A stretch of 63,528 bases of DNA, filler included, from Aduncisulcus paluster (lineage: Eukaryota): NCBI GenBank assembly GCA_024181965.1. It is 5 parts of 5 records of this genome, joined end to end, with 100 filler letters (N's around TTAATTAATTAA, not from the genome) between each part and the next. Parts side by side here need not be neighbours in the genome. Positions count along the whole stretch, not along the records: positions 19,392 to 34,326 come from BQXS01013856.1; positions 34,427 to 43,696 come from BQXS01013857.1; positions 43,797 to 56,191 come from BQXS01013860.1; 2 more parts are not named here. One strand, given 5' to 3'. A model generated the notes under the pieces. That model searched no databases and was not told where the DNA came from. It was given only the letters and a program-made list of their open reading frames with translations. Each line of letters opens with the position of its first letter. Position 1 is the first letter of the stretch. The translations under genes were made by a program, and so were the position numbers. Below are positions 33,301-46,187 of the stretch, piece after piece.

Positions 33301-33545
33301 AATCTGTGGTCGATGTCATGCGCTCGTATCTCTTGACATCAAGACCATTGCGTCGTGATATCATCGAATTAGCTATGGCGATTGCTGCAAGTGAGGCCTT
33401 TCTTGTCGAAGGTGGTGAAGAACAAACATTGATCAGGAATATGTTGGACTCTTTGGCTTTGACCGCTTGTGCGAGGTTGGAGAAACGTGTTGATCTGGGT
33501 GAAATTTCTCTGTCTAAGTTGGACGGTGGATGGTTTGAGGGTTGA
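30393..33545 (+). CDS. VPS51: GARP/EARP complex subunit Vps51 (Ang2); assembly duplication around the gap at 32816-32835
   Basis: N-terminal LSSYYG, IDGGYFDSAKHVDELL, LDKLL and FDTDLQRFVYDNYTCFVEATETL match the Vps51 signature. The reading frame resumes at WKDWIPEWKG after the duplicated block is collapsed. Confidence 0.8.
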
Positions 33546-33935
33546 GTTGCATAGTTGGTTCTCTAATTTCTTACTTTAATTCAACGTTTATTGACCCAAG
33601 AATCATCGTGATGACATCAATAAATGATGTATAATCATTGATTATTCATCATGGAATCAATTCTATCATCCAGAATAAAAATCATCGATATTAGCGGATG
33701 TATTAGAAACGAATCAAATATGGCTGACAAATGTCGGGAGTCAGGAAGACGATGGATAACACTTATCCGATAACTTATCCAACATTTGAAACATAAAGGA
33801 CTAATATTCATAGACTACAACTAGAACTTAGCAGCAGAGATCCAACACGCATTGGGCTGAACGAGTTAACGATCACTTTGGATGGGGGGTGGGTCATAGA
33901 TCACCAATGATTCGAACAAGAAGTTGTGATCTAAC

Positions 33936-34326
33936 TTGTTAATTCCTTTCGAAGACATCTTGGTAAGGAATTAAAAGCGAAAGAAAACAAAAAATAAACA
34001 AATAATAAACAAATAATAAACTGAATTAGTTTTTATCAATCGAGCAGACGAGCAGAGAAGAGTGAGAACGATTCGAGAAGCAAAGAAAACCAGAAGAATA
34101 GCTTCTCTGCCAAGAAGTCGATGATATATTCACAATATTCATGGATTTCAACTGCAACTTATCAACATATTTTGTCACCTTATAATCCACTATGTAAACA
34201 AATGTCGAAGTTATGAAACGATTTCGTGTCAGGAGTGGACTCACAAGGATGGCATGCAATATATGATAGAAAGAAAAATGACCATATAAATTTATTTATA
34301 TATTGTATGATATTGCTTCCTGAGGT
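33936..34326. repeat. Dispersed ~380-bp non-coding repeat, copy 2 (runs off the contig end)
   Basis: Near-identical to 19393-19771. Confidence 0.9.
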
Positions 34327-34426
34327 NNNNNNNNNNNNNNNNNNNNNNNNNNNNNNNNNNNNNNNNNNNNTTAATTAATTAANNNNNNNNNNNNNNNNNN
34401 NNNNNNNNNNNNNNNNNNNNNNNNNN
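34327..34426. other. Artificial contig linker
   Basis: N44-TTAATTAATTAA-N44. Confidence 0.97.
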
Positions 34427-37400
34427 AGTGTCAACTTCAGATCCAAAGTTCACACATGTTAACGGTTCCTCAGAGCCAGAGCCAGAACCAGAGTTGGAGT
34501 AATCACGATAGCTGAAGATGGCACAATCCGTATGGTACTCGCCACTCCACACCTCTTTGCACACAACATTAGAAGAAGGATCGACAGAAGGAGTTGAATC
34601 GGAACAATACCCACAATAAGCATCATCTTGGTCAATCGCAGTGGAAGTTGACTCATTGCCAGTCGTGATTGTGATGATGTCAGAAAGAGTGAAGAATGGT
34701 GTAAATATCTCATCCGTCACTCCACACAGCTTGTTCTCACTCACGTCCAAGGAAGTCAACTCGGACAACTGGAACAGCAGAGAGATGTCTGTCAGACTGT
34801 TAGCAGACACATCGAGAGTCGTCAGAGTGGAGATGGAGGCGATAGAAAAAAGACTGGCATCATCAAGATCGCAAGAGCTAGCTATTAACTTTTCAAGGCT
34901 TTTAAACATTGATAATTGAGAAACATTTGATTCAAGAATCTGGCCAGAAATATTAAGATTTGTCAGAATTGTATTGGAGCTTGCAAGCCCACCTAATTCG
35001 GATAAAAGCGGTGTTAAATCAGTCATACTGGAAGAAATGTTCGAAATATCGAGGTTTGTGAGCGTGGAAAGTACAGCACTCAATCCACTAATATCATCCA
35101 CAGAAGTGTTGTTCGAAATATCAAGAATAGATAATTCCGTGAAGAGTTCCATTGTTGATACAACCAGCTGGGAATTTGTTAAGGTAGTGGAAGGAACAGA
35201 TAATGTCTTGAGTGCATATCCGGATGGATTTGTAAAGTCCCATATACTGATCTCACAAGAATCCAAGAACAGGTATTCCAAAGATGTAAGGGAGTACAGA
35301 GGACTCACGTCATAAATAGATGCATTCGAACTCAGATCAAGCGAGGATATATTGATGGCATGCTCAAGACCAGTGAGATCGGAAATGACAATGGTTGTGG
35401 ATAAGGATATGGAATAATCATGACAATCGATGGAATTATCAATATTATGCATCGAAGCAATGCTGAACACATCATCCTCGCGATCAGACTCAGCAATATG
35501 AGAGAGGAGACATTCATGCAAGGCAATATCGGGCACAACGGTTTCACAATATCCTGTGGTACTATTCGGGCTAGAAGCTCGACATTCCTCACCATACATA
35601 CAACCACCATCACAATTTGTGGATGAATCAGTTGGTACCGTGCAGTCAAATGACGTGGAAGATGAATATTCCGTATAACTATTACTGTTACACACAACAG
35701 ACCATACATTAGAGTTAGGAACAGTTTCAACACACACTTTGTTGGCGCTAAACATGGAAACGTCAGACACAGCGGAAGAACATCCGGATGGACAATATTG
35801 GGGGCTGGATATAAACGTAGAAAGCACCGGTGAAACAAACTTAGCAAGCAATACAGAAATTAAATTGCTCCCAGAACACAACAGGTTGGAGGAAATATCC
35901 AGAGTTACGAGGTTTGGAAGATAAAAAAGAGGGGAAACGTCTGATAGAGAACATCCACTGACATCGAGCGTTGTAAGACTTGTCAATCCATATGTCGAAA
36001 TGGGTTCAACAAAGAAAATATCTGGATTGGAACTGAGATTGAGTGAAGAAAGAAGCGAATTACAACTCGATAAATCGGGAATGGAAGATAAATTATTACC
36101 ACTAATATCAAGACTCACAAGCGCTGTCATGCTCGGAAGAATGGTATCAACCCCCGACAAGGCGCCATTCCCACCGAGGAAAAGATGAGTCAAGATCTCA
36201 CATTGGGTTTCGGACAAACCAGTGATATCAGTAACAGATGTATTTGAAAGATCCAACTCATTCAGATTGGATAAATGAGTTGCAATATGAGTTGTAAACC
36301 CTGAGTTATCAATTAGTGTGGAAGATGCATAAAGCTTAACAAGATTGGTGGGCAGGAGATCAGATGTCGGAGTGATAGAGGGCAAGGATATATTGGTTGA
36401 ACTGACATTTAATTCCGTCAAGGATGAGAGTAATGACAAATCTGGCAAGGATGAAAAGGAACAATTACTAAGATTCAAGTACTCAAGGTTTGATAACGTT
36501 GATATATAGCTCAAGTTGGAAGAATCAGAAATGTCAGTGAAACTCAGATCAATGTGAGTAATTCCAGTTAAGTGTTCAATCCCTGTAAGATCACCAATTA
36601 TAGCATCAGAGCAGTTCAAAGATGGAGAGATGGTTCCAGCTCCATCATTAACACTTACAAGGGTTTTCAGGGAGGCAACACTAAGAAGAGCAGGTGATAC
36701 GGAAGAATCAATATGCAAGGAATCAGCGGAAAACAAAGATACCACACAAGAATGAAGAGCTAAGTCAGAAAGAACATCAACACACTCGCCAGCAGTTGGA
36801 TCATCACTGGATATCGATCGACACTCAGAACCATATGCACATCCTCCAACGCAAGAGTTAGAAGAACTTATTGCACGGGTACATGTGATTGCCGAGGCAT
36901 CTGCGTATGTTGTAATTGAATCACTCGCACACACAGCATACCAAGTATTTGAACTTGACCCAGTCTGTGAACAAACAATGTTCGCAGAAAGGGCTTGAGC
37001 AGTTCAAAGATGGAGAGATGGTTCCAGCTCCATCATTAACACTTACAAGGGTTTTCAGGGAGGCAACACTAAGAAGAGCAGGTGATACGGAAGAATCAAT
37101 ATGCAAGGAATCAGCGGAAAACAAAGATACCACACAAGAATGAAGAGCTAAGTCAGAAAGAACATCAACACACTCGCCAGCAGTTGGATCATCACTGGAT
37201 ATCGATCGACACTCAGAACCATATGCACATCCTCCAACGCAAGAGTTAGAAGAACTTATTGCACGGGTACATGTGATTGCCGAGGCATCTGCGTATGTTG
37301 TAATTGAATCACTCGCACACACAGCATACCAAGTATTTGAACTTGACCCAGTCTGTGAACAAACAATGTTCGCAGAAAGGGCTTGAGCAGTATCGAAAGA

Positions 37401-39113
37401 TGCACATTGACACGACTGATTATCACAATCAACAGTCGGCGAATCAGTCAATGAAGAACCAAGGTTGTCAAGGAAATGATCAGCAAGATCGGATGAAGAA
37501 GCTTCACATATCTTATTGTTATCTAGGTTAACATAAGTAAGAGTGGATGAGAGTGCATAAAGAGGTGAAGGATCAGAGATATCATTATTACTCAGATCAA
37601 GGGATACAATATTGGGAATGTTCAACACAAGAAAATAGAGAAACGACTGGGCAGTGTCATTCATGACGAGATATTCCAGAGATGATGGAAACACTCCTTC
37701 TTCTGAAACTTCAAAGTCTGTATTGTTTCCAACAGAAAGGGTTGTCAAACTGGTAAAATAACTGAAATCGAAGTTTGGAGTCAAATTCATTCGTTCGACT
37801 GACAACTTCGTAAGTTCTGTGGGAAAAACACTCAGATCAGTAATAGATACGCAACCGCTGATATCAAGCACTGTGAGAGAGGAAGGAAACACGGCAGATG
37901 ACGATGGGGCGAAAGAAGTGTTATCCCGAACAGATAAAGTGGTTAAATTGAACGGTGAAAACGATGACGATGATGAAAGTGAAGTATCATTGAGGATAAG
38001 AGTGGTCACAGATGATGGAAGTTGGGACAGGTATGTGGCAGTGTGACTCGGGATATCCGTTCCACTCAGATCCACATATGTAAGCGAAGTTAAGGAAGAT
38101 ATCTCCGAGATATTGAAGACAAAGGATTCTGTAAATGATGAGCGACTCGCAATCAGTTTCGTTAGACCAGAGGCAAAGCTTAGCCCGCCAAGATCAGTAA
38201 TATCGGTCACATCAGAAATATCAAGAATGGACAGAGAAGCGAGTTCGGTGGGAGTAATATGGCCTTCATCGCTACATGACATCGTAGACAGAGCACAAAT
38301 GAATGACTCAAGGTCTGAATCAGCAAATTCAACAAACTCACATGCATCACCCATATAGCCAGAATTGCATACACACAGATTTGTAGAATCATCACATGTC
38401 CCTTGGTCATATATAGAACTACATAAATCCTCAGTTCCGTCATCATAATAAGCAACGGGACAGCTATATTGACATTGAGAACCCCACACATTCGACTCGC
38501 ACTCACAAGTGTCAGGAGCTGTGCAAGTTCCAATTCCACATTCAGAATCACCTAAACTGCCATAACAGAGAGGTTCACACGTATACAAACTCTCAGAAGG
38601 AAATTCATACCCGGCCTCACATGAATATGCCAGGTAATTTATGGATAATATGATAGACGTGATTTCAATTTCCCATCGGAATAGTTGCAGCCAATCATAG
38701 TCGATATCAACATTTATACTCATATATGTTCCATCAAAATTTGTAATATCTATTTCAATAATCTCTGTTAGGTAATCATCTTCCACATACGTTAGATATG
38801 TATACTTTGAAATAATATTTTCTTCCTCATTTAGAGCACGAACTCTTGCCTCACAATGTGAGGATTCCCAATTTCCATGGGTTATTGAATAAGTGGCACT
38901 TTCAATAATGGTGTGATCAGTAGGAAAAGGGATATCACCAGAGAAGATGACATCGCTATCTGAATCGGCAATAATTGATTCATCAAGCAGTTCATATTCA
39001 AATAACTCATAGGTAACAACTGTTCCAGCACAAATAAAGCCAACGAAAGAGAAAAAGATTAGGAGGAGAAATAAGCCATGATGAGAAATAATTTTGTGAA
39101 AATAAATATTCAT
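34427..39113 (-). CDS. Secreted/surface LRR protein with EGF-like and Cys-rich linkers (3'-partial; interrupted by a 388-bp tandem duplication)
   Basis: Hydrophobic signal peptide (GLFLLLIFFSFVGFICA). EGF-like motifs CGIGTCTAPDTCECESNVWGSQC and CVCNSGYMGDAC. Three blocks of LxxLxxLDxSxNxxxD LRRs are separated by Cys-rich caps. Confidence 0.85.
36609..37390. repeat. Exact tandem duplication, 388-bp unit bounded by GAGCAG
   Basis: 36609-36996 equals 36997-37384, with GAGCAG at all three junctions. Confidence 0.9.
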
Positions 39114-40312
39114 TGTAAGTTTTGTTTAAATAATGAGAAAAAAATGTGATATTTTTTCCACAATGTATTCAAACATGATTAATCCTTCTTATCTCTTAGA
39201 ATTCTTAATTAATATCGAAAAGATAATATAAACTAAAATAAATTTGAAACACAAAACTATTTTAATTTTGTTTCAAAAGCAAAGCTGTTCTAAATAAAAT
39301 CCTATCAAAACGTGTATTTTTCGACACGTCTGTTCGGCAAAATCGGCATATAATGGTTGAGCTAAAATCCTGAAATTTGTATTTATGGAAAATATACAAG
39401 ACAAGTTTAAATGAATTCAAATTGCTAATTTTCATCTAAGATGAATCATCTTTTCGATACTTCCTTACTAGGAATTAATATTAGTAATAGAAATAGAAAT
39501 AGCGGGATTACTATGATGTGTTGTAACCTATCCAGGAAAAAATCTAGATAATTGGGAGATATATTCTAAAGATGCTATCAACATCGCTGCTCCGCCGCGA
39601 CAGGAGTGACTCCACTCTTTCCAGGCTCCATTTAATGAATGTCGTGGGAGATTTCACTGATAAATATGCCAAAAATTGGGTCAGTTCGTCGTATTTCAAT
39701 GAACATAAGGTGGTGCAATGTGTGATGCTACTCTCATTCCTGGCTGTATTGAGTCGTTTCCGTCCTCCATGATTTGAAACAAATTACATGGTAGATCCAG
39801 TCCATGACATCATATCGCCCTAATGGTAATGTTTTGGTGAGGATACAATATTTTTTAATTGGAATTCAAGGCATATTGCGGCCTTCAATAATTATGCAAT
39901 TTTATGATAATATTTTATTGATAAGTGATATTTAATATATTTTCCAACTTTTATACGCATAGAAATCAGTAAATTGTAGTTGTTTTGAGGTGGGAATAAA
40001 TTATTACTAATAATATTATTACTAATAATAAAATTTACGAATTGTACCGATAAATGATAAAAATAGATGATAGATAGGTTGAAGAATATTGAATTCGTGC
40101 AAAATAAACATCTGACATTTAACTTATAAGTTATAAGTTATAAGTAAGTATTTACCTTTTTAAACATTTAATAAACGCAATGGGTCCTCTCTGCGGATTA
40201 TGATTTTAATTAAATATATAAAATTGGTATAATTAATTGAAATTCAATCTGTGTCAGAAGAAGAATCTAGTAGATTGGGTGAAATAATAGTATTATTTGT
40301 GTCCTTGCTGTT

Positions 40313-42385
40313 TCATTCCAACGAATATTTATGGAAAGTTGCATCCACGTCTTTCTTTTGTTGGATTTCATTCCCAACTGAAAACTTATATTCCTCTTCC
40401 TCTCCACTATATTCATCAGATGAATATTCTTCATCATATTCGTCACCATCATCTTCTTCATCCCTTCTTCTCGGGTTATAAGTGTGAGTGTGAGTGTGAG
40501 TGCTACCTTCTTTTTTGGCGAATTCATTCACACGGTGATCATGACGAGAAGGTAAAATTCCAACATGCGATTGTGTGTGGGATCCAACGATGCAAGCATC
40601 TCCAACCTTGCCTGTAAGTCCCAGTTCTCTTGCAAATTGAACACCTCGCTTGGTGGTTAGCGTCTCACCTGCTTCAATCATCACATCCTCAAGGATTCCC
40701 TTGACTTTCTTCTGTGTACCATCGCTGACTTTTTTAACACTTGCAAAACACTGTGTGACGGAAGATAACATCGCATGAACTGTTACCAAAGCGCATTCTT
40801 CTTTCTTTTCCATCAGCATTCGAGTTTCTTTGAGTTTTTGTTGTAAGCATTTCATCCGAGCATTAGCTGCGAGAGAAGCAGAGAGCATAGCCGCAGATGC
40901 TTGGGCATGAGCTCTTCTTGATTTTCCCCCATCAGATCTAAGGGTATCCAGAACTCCCTCACGAATAGTTTTTTCTTTGGAAACGGACAATCCTTCTTCC
41001 ATCTCAAGCATAATATCAACTCCACTACCTTTTCCCATCTTATTGGTGGATGTAGATGTCGTGGGAGATGAAGATTTCTCTTGTGTAACGTCATGGGACA
41101 ACCCATGCGATCCTTGAGCTTGAGGGGGGGAAGATGTGGCAAATCCTTGTGCTGTGTGACCCTCATAGTGCAGTCCATGAGATTGAGCCTGAGCATGGGC
41201 TTGAGCTCTTCTTGATTGCATTAATGAGATATCTTTTTCCCGTTTAAACTCATTTCCTTCCTGTTTATCATCTTCTTCAGCGGAAGAGGGAATGTCTATA
41301 TCATTGGCAAGTTTTACAATGGGAATAACATGTTTCGACGTCTCTTTTTGCAAATTTTCATGAATTTGACCAATTTTTTCACACAATATATCCATTTCTT
41401 TCACGACAGCACGACCAACAAACATGGCACCGGATAAAAATGAAGCTTTCCCACCCATCCCCGCAAGAGCTGCTTTCTTCCTCTCCTCCTTGATTTGAGC
41501 GGCACTTTGGGCAAGTATTGATCGAGTATCATCTTGAAGACTGCTTACCATCCGTAATGATTCCATCAACAATTTCTTATGATTATCTTCAAATTTCTCA
41601 TACATTTGAGAAATTGGGACCGTGGTTGACTTTCTCACTTCTTCTTTAATTTTATCCCGTTCTAATTGGTCACGTAATGACCTAATTTCGGAATCTTTCC
41701 TCAACATTTCTTTCTCAGTCTCGATCAAAGTTTCGTTGGGAACTTCTTGAGTAAATGCGCTTAATCTGGCAGGAAGGTATTTTTCCATCTTTAATTTCTT
41801 TTGTTTTCGTTTCTTGGACGATTTCTTCTTGGGATTTTTACGAAGAGAAAGAGCAAAAGACTGAGAGGCACCAGGATGAATAGATCCAACCATTGAACCT
41901 CGAAGATGAGCAATTCTCGCATCTTCTCGAGCTCTAAATTCATTATTTAAGACACCTAGGAGTTCTCTTCCAGCTGTTTGTGAAATTCCATTTTCCCTAC
42001 AAAACACAGCCATAGCTGCCCTGGCACCAAAAGGAACCCATTTATCAGACTCTTTCCGTAAATCTAGGGCAGGATCTGCAGCAAGAGAAGTTCGCCCACT
42101 GCGAGAACAATATAATTTCCCAGCCCTTGCGGCTAAACTAAGACCAGAGCGAAGCTTAACACTTGTCGAAGAATCATTGAGTGGAAGAAATACTAAATCT
42201 CCTCCAGTTCTTGCATATGTTTCTAAAAGTGGATATAAACGATGAGAACTGCCACCCATACCAATTTTGGCTGATGGAACAACTGCAGCTAGCAGAGCAG
42301 CCAACCGAGTATTTGTTTCCCGTAGAAATATAATTTCATCGTTTTTTGCAGCCAACTCAAAAGAAGTTTTGTCTCTGATTGGCAT
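40313..42385 (-). CDS. Hypothetical coiled-coil protein (690 aa)
   Basis: Long ATG-initiated ORF with coiled-coil segments and an acidic tail. No family recognised. Confidence 0.75.
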   Translation of the reverse strand: MPIRDKTSFELAAKNDEIIFLRETNTRLAALLAAVVPSAKIGMGGSSHRLYPLLETYARTGGDLVFLPLNDSSTSVKLRSGLSLAARAGKLYCSRSGRTSLAADPALDLRKESDKWVPFGARAAMAVFCRENGISQTAGRELLGVLNNEFRAREDARIAHLRGSMVGSIHPGASQSFALSLRKNPKKKSSKKRKQKKLKMEKYLPARLSAFTQEVPNETLIETEKEMLRKDSEIRSLRDQLERDKIKEEVRKSTTVPISQMYEKFEDNHKKLLMESLRMVSSLQDDTRSILAQSAAQIKEERKKAALAGMGGKASFLSGAMFVGRAVVKEMDILCEKIGQIHENLQKETSKHVIPIVKLANDIDIPSSAEEDDKQEGNEFKREKDISLMQSRRAQAHAQAQSHGLHYEGHTAQGFATSSPPQAQGSHGLSHDVTQEKSSSPTTSTSTNKMGKGSGVDIMLEMEEGLSVSKEKTIREGVLDTLRSDGGKSRRAHAQASAAMLSASLAANARMKCLQQKLKETRMLMEKKEECALVTVHAMLSSVTQCFASVKKVSDGTQKKVKGILEDVMIEAGETLTTKRGVQFARELGLTGKVGDACIVGSHTQSHVGILPSRHDHRVNEFAKKEGSTHTHTHTYNPRRRDEEDDGDEYDEEYSSDEYSGEEEEYKFSVGNEIQQKKDVDATFHKYSLE

Positions 42386-42600
42386 ATTTTGAACAAAAAT
42401 CGCGAAAAAATTGAAAGAAATTTTGTACCTTAATTATTTTTCAAAATAACAATTCCATTTTGCCCAGTTAATTTAGTTTATTCGATATTGTCCCAAAAAT
42501 TTGTATTTAAATGCTTTCTTACAGAAATAGACAAAACTCGATATCTTTTGTGTCATTACCAAATTAGGAATATATATATACATAAAATTAGTGATAGCCG

Positions 42601-43690
42601 ATGACATACGAATCAGTTATCGCCAACTTTTTTGAAGAAGCTTCAAAGAACATTGGTGGCTTCATTAAATGTTATGTATCAAATGTATGTCTTACTATTT
42701 TTCTTTTTAATTCATTTTTATATTGATATCAAGTTATTTTTTACAAATTTCTCAACTTGGGTTCCACAAAAATAGCCTATTAATCTGTACAATCTCGAAG
42801 ATGCCATAGAGAACCATATTAAGTCTGAATCCCTTAATATCTCATTAGTAACGAGTACTCTACGTCTTATAAATAGTTTAATTACACCTTCAAATCGAAT
42901 GATTGATTTGATTACCCTTTTACTTCAATGCCATCTTGAGAGCCTTGAATCCCTTGATAAAAGAGCAGATATCCCGCAAAATGATGATACTTTACTGATT
43001 TTATCGACAGCACTCGAATTTAACTCTCGAGTTCACTCATTTCCTGCAGATTTTATTGTTGCCCTCACTGAATGCTCTTTTCTCCCTGCTTCCTTGTATA
43101 TTCTATCAAAAATCATTTCAAAGATCGAAAATTTATCCAAATTATCTGAAAATAACATCTATATTATGCTACATCATCTCGAAAGTTCCCGTCTCGATCA
43201 TCCAGATTCCACTGACAATATTATCATTATTTTCTCTCTTCTTGTCAAAAGATTGCTTCAATTGACCAAATCTCCCAGTTTTCAATATGTAAACAGTCCT
43301 GAATTGACCACCTCGACATCCATGGGAGTGTCAAAATCTTCAGAACTCTTTCTGGACAAAACCTACAGAGAGGTCCAAGATATTTCATTTCCACACCCTC
43401 CATTTGCACCAATGATCACCCCTCTACTCCACTCTGCCCTTTCTTACCATGATAATCTTCCTTCCCTGATGTTATCTCTCTCCTCGCTTCTATTGGTTTC
43501 CCCTAGTCATGTTTCATATCTCACAACAAGCCCCATGATGCCATCGTCACACTCCTTAGCTATATCGACACGGACGTCTATTAAATCGACGTCTACTGTA
43601 CCTTCAACACGCCATCCTCAAGCCATGGAGTCTGCAATGATGTTAAGTCGTGAAGAGGCCGTTGATAATGAAAAAGATAAGCCACATTGA
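42601..43690 (+). CDS. Hypothetical helical protein; exons 42601-42684 and 42776-43690
   Basis: ATG at 42601. A 91-nt phase-0 GTATGT...AATAG intron (42685-42775) joins in frame to ORF 42899-43690. Confidence 0.7.
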
Positions 43691-43696
43691 CACGAC

Positions 43697-43796
43697 NNNN
43701 NNNNNNNNNNNNNNNNNNNNNNNNNNNNNNNNNNNNNNNNTTAATTAATTAANNNNNNNNNNNNNNNNNNNNNNNNNNNNNNNNNNNNNNNNNNNN
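43697..43796. other. Artificial contig linker
   Basis: N44-TTAATTAATTAA-N44. Confidence 0.97.
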
Positions 43797-43799
43797 TTT

Positions 43800-43882
43800 C
43801 CACATGGCTCAATGGTTTGAGCGGTGAGGGCCGATATATCAAATATACCTATGGCGTAGGTTCAAGCCCCGGCTAGCCCGAA
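43800..43882 (+). pseudogene. tRNA pseudogene or tRNA-derived SINE head
   Basis: A-box/D-arm TGGCTCAATGGTTTGAGCG (GCTC/GAGC stem) and B-box GGTTCAAGCCC are present, but the acceptor and anticodon stems do not pair. Confidence 0.6.
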
Positions 43883-44289
43883 ATTAGGAAAAACTGGTAT
43901 ATCCAACCAAGGTCCAGAGTCTGTTATTTTCTTTTAAAAACTATGTCAAAGCCCTCACAAAATGTGGAGATACGATATCACCTGTAGAGACTCTGGTTAC
44001 TTGGGAGATTAAAATAGTGATATTTTTTTTGAATGTATATAAAGAAAAGAAACCCCTGTGGGGTAGCAACTTATTCACGATGAGTTTGCCCCTGGATATT
44101 TGCGTTTCCCTAAGATATTTAACGTTTTAGAAAATGTTGGAAACAAAGGAAACTTCTGAAAAAGGAGGGAGGGAAAAGGGAAGTGTTATTATATTGTTTG
44201 TTATCGTTTTCATATGTATTTCTCATGTTCTATTTATAGATCATATTGTTCCGATTTATTTTAGTAAATTGTACCAAGTTAACAATTCA

Positions 44290-45430
44290 TCATGAGTTTA
44301 GCGCCGTTCTGTCTTAAGCAGGATATGGAAGATGCTGTAAAGCTGAAACCACCTAAATCTGTTGATGATTTGATTAGAAAGGCCTATGATCAAATGGCTA
44401 AGATCGAAGTATCCTGAAAAAGGCCATCCGGTATCAAAAGGATCTGGCAAGACAGAACTCGGGAAAGAGGAGGTCGTAAGGTAGACCAGGATTGGGAACC
44501 AACAACGGTGAAACATCCGCGTGCGGGGTACGGGGAGACCAAGTCAGACAGATCTCTTTGCTCGATATGCCACAAAGGTTACCATGATCCAAAATCGTGT
44601 TGGAGTAGGCCAAATGCGTCGCCAGAGGAGAAACAAAAATTAAAAACCTTGTTAGAGCGTGTTGACAGGAAGAAAAAGAAAGGAGCTATGTTTGTCATGA
44701 AGCTGAGATTAACGAAAACCGTGTCTCATACTTCCCTTCACAAGAAAGAGAGCTCACCCTACCTGAAGGAGGATGCAAATTAGCACCCCTAAAGATTGAA
44801 CTGACGGATGACACGAAAGTCATCGTAAGCAAGCCGCGACGACTGTCCCCTACGCTCCAAGAAGAGGTCAACAAGACAGTGCGCTTCGGCTTAGAATCTG
44901 TATGATCACAGAGAGCGACTCTCCTTATGCAAGCCCAGTCGTCCTGGCAAAGAAACGCACAGGGGATTACAGAATGTGCGCTGATTATTCCGCTATTAAC
45001 GCTATCATGAAGCCGTTACCGTTCCCCCTCCCGAATACCGAGGAACTTCTGTCTCACTTTAAGGAGATGAAATTTTTCGCTGCTATCGACTTGCGATCAG
45101 GATTTAACCAAGTACTTGTCGAGGAGAGCAGTCAAAGGTACACGGCATTTGTGGTTCCTGGAGGATTGTATGAATGCAAAAGGATGCCATTCGGTATCAA
45201 AACTACTCCCTCTCACTTCCAGAAAGAAATGACAACCGCATTCCATGACCTCATCCCGGATGTATGTCAAATCTATATTGACGACATTATCTGTGCCGGT
45301 AGAACAAAAGAAGAGTTGATAAGGAAAGTTGACAAAGTACTATGTAGATTGTCAGAGCTGGATCTGCGGGCAAAAGCCGAGAAGAGCTGTATTGGTGTCG
45401 AGCAAGTCGAGTATCTGGGAAGGTTGGTAA
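44290..45430 (+). mobile_element. Decayed Ty3/gypsy retrotransposon fragment A (gag zinc knuckle plus partial RT)
   Basis: CSICHKGYHDPKSC zinc knuckle. RT motifs SPYASPVVLAKK, RMCADY, IDLRSGFNQ, RMPFG, YIDD. Frameshifted, internally deleted and cut at ~45430. Confidence 0.88.
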
Positions 45431-46187
45431 CATTTGACCACGTTCAATAAGCCTTTATTGATATTTCTGTTTGATATATTATACTACGGCACAAATTGAT
45501 CAATTTCATCGTATATTTTAAATGGAAAAAACGGTTTTAGTGGAAGAAACATCACCTGTTTTGAAATCGTGTTCAGCCGAGCATTGGAGAAAATTTAAGG
45601 TCGATTTTCTACAATACAGAACAAGGCATAAGAATGTTGTTTTCGAAAATTGCATGAAGCCGACAACTTTCCTTATGCTTCAAATCGCACGAAGATCAAA
45701 GGAACTCTTGCTAAGTCAGACGTGGATGACTTCATAAAAGCAGTGGATAAGGTGTTTGCGAGTCAACCGATCGAAACAGTACTGGGGAAATTGCGTTGTC
45801 TAAAGATCTCCGAATCTGAAAGATATCTTAAACCATTGAAAAGAAGAACTCGAGGTGTTTGGGATGAGGCTAAGACGAAGAAAGGTATTGTTAAGAAAGG
45901 TTCCTCGGTTTCTGTGAGACCTCAAGGTATGCAACGTGAAGATAAGTCAATTCAAGAACCTGTGATTCTGGTGGATATCAAAGGTGAAAGGTTAAGCGCT
46001 CTAGCGGACACGGGAACCTCACATTGCATGATCAGTGAAGATGTTTTCGGAAGATTTAATGAAGAAGAGTTATGTCAATGGACAGAGAACACAAATATAA
46101 ATCTTATGATGGGAGATAGTTCGGAAATGAGAATTGAGAAACAATGCAGACTCGAAATCGAGCTGAAACGAAAAAACGGTTAGAAAG

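Noticed and set aside
39572..39830. Small ORF in a slightly GC-richer intergenic patch
   Set aside because: 66 aa with no motifs or repeats to support it.
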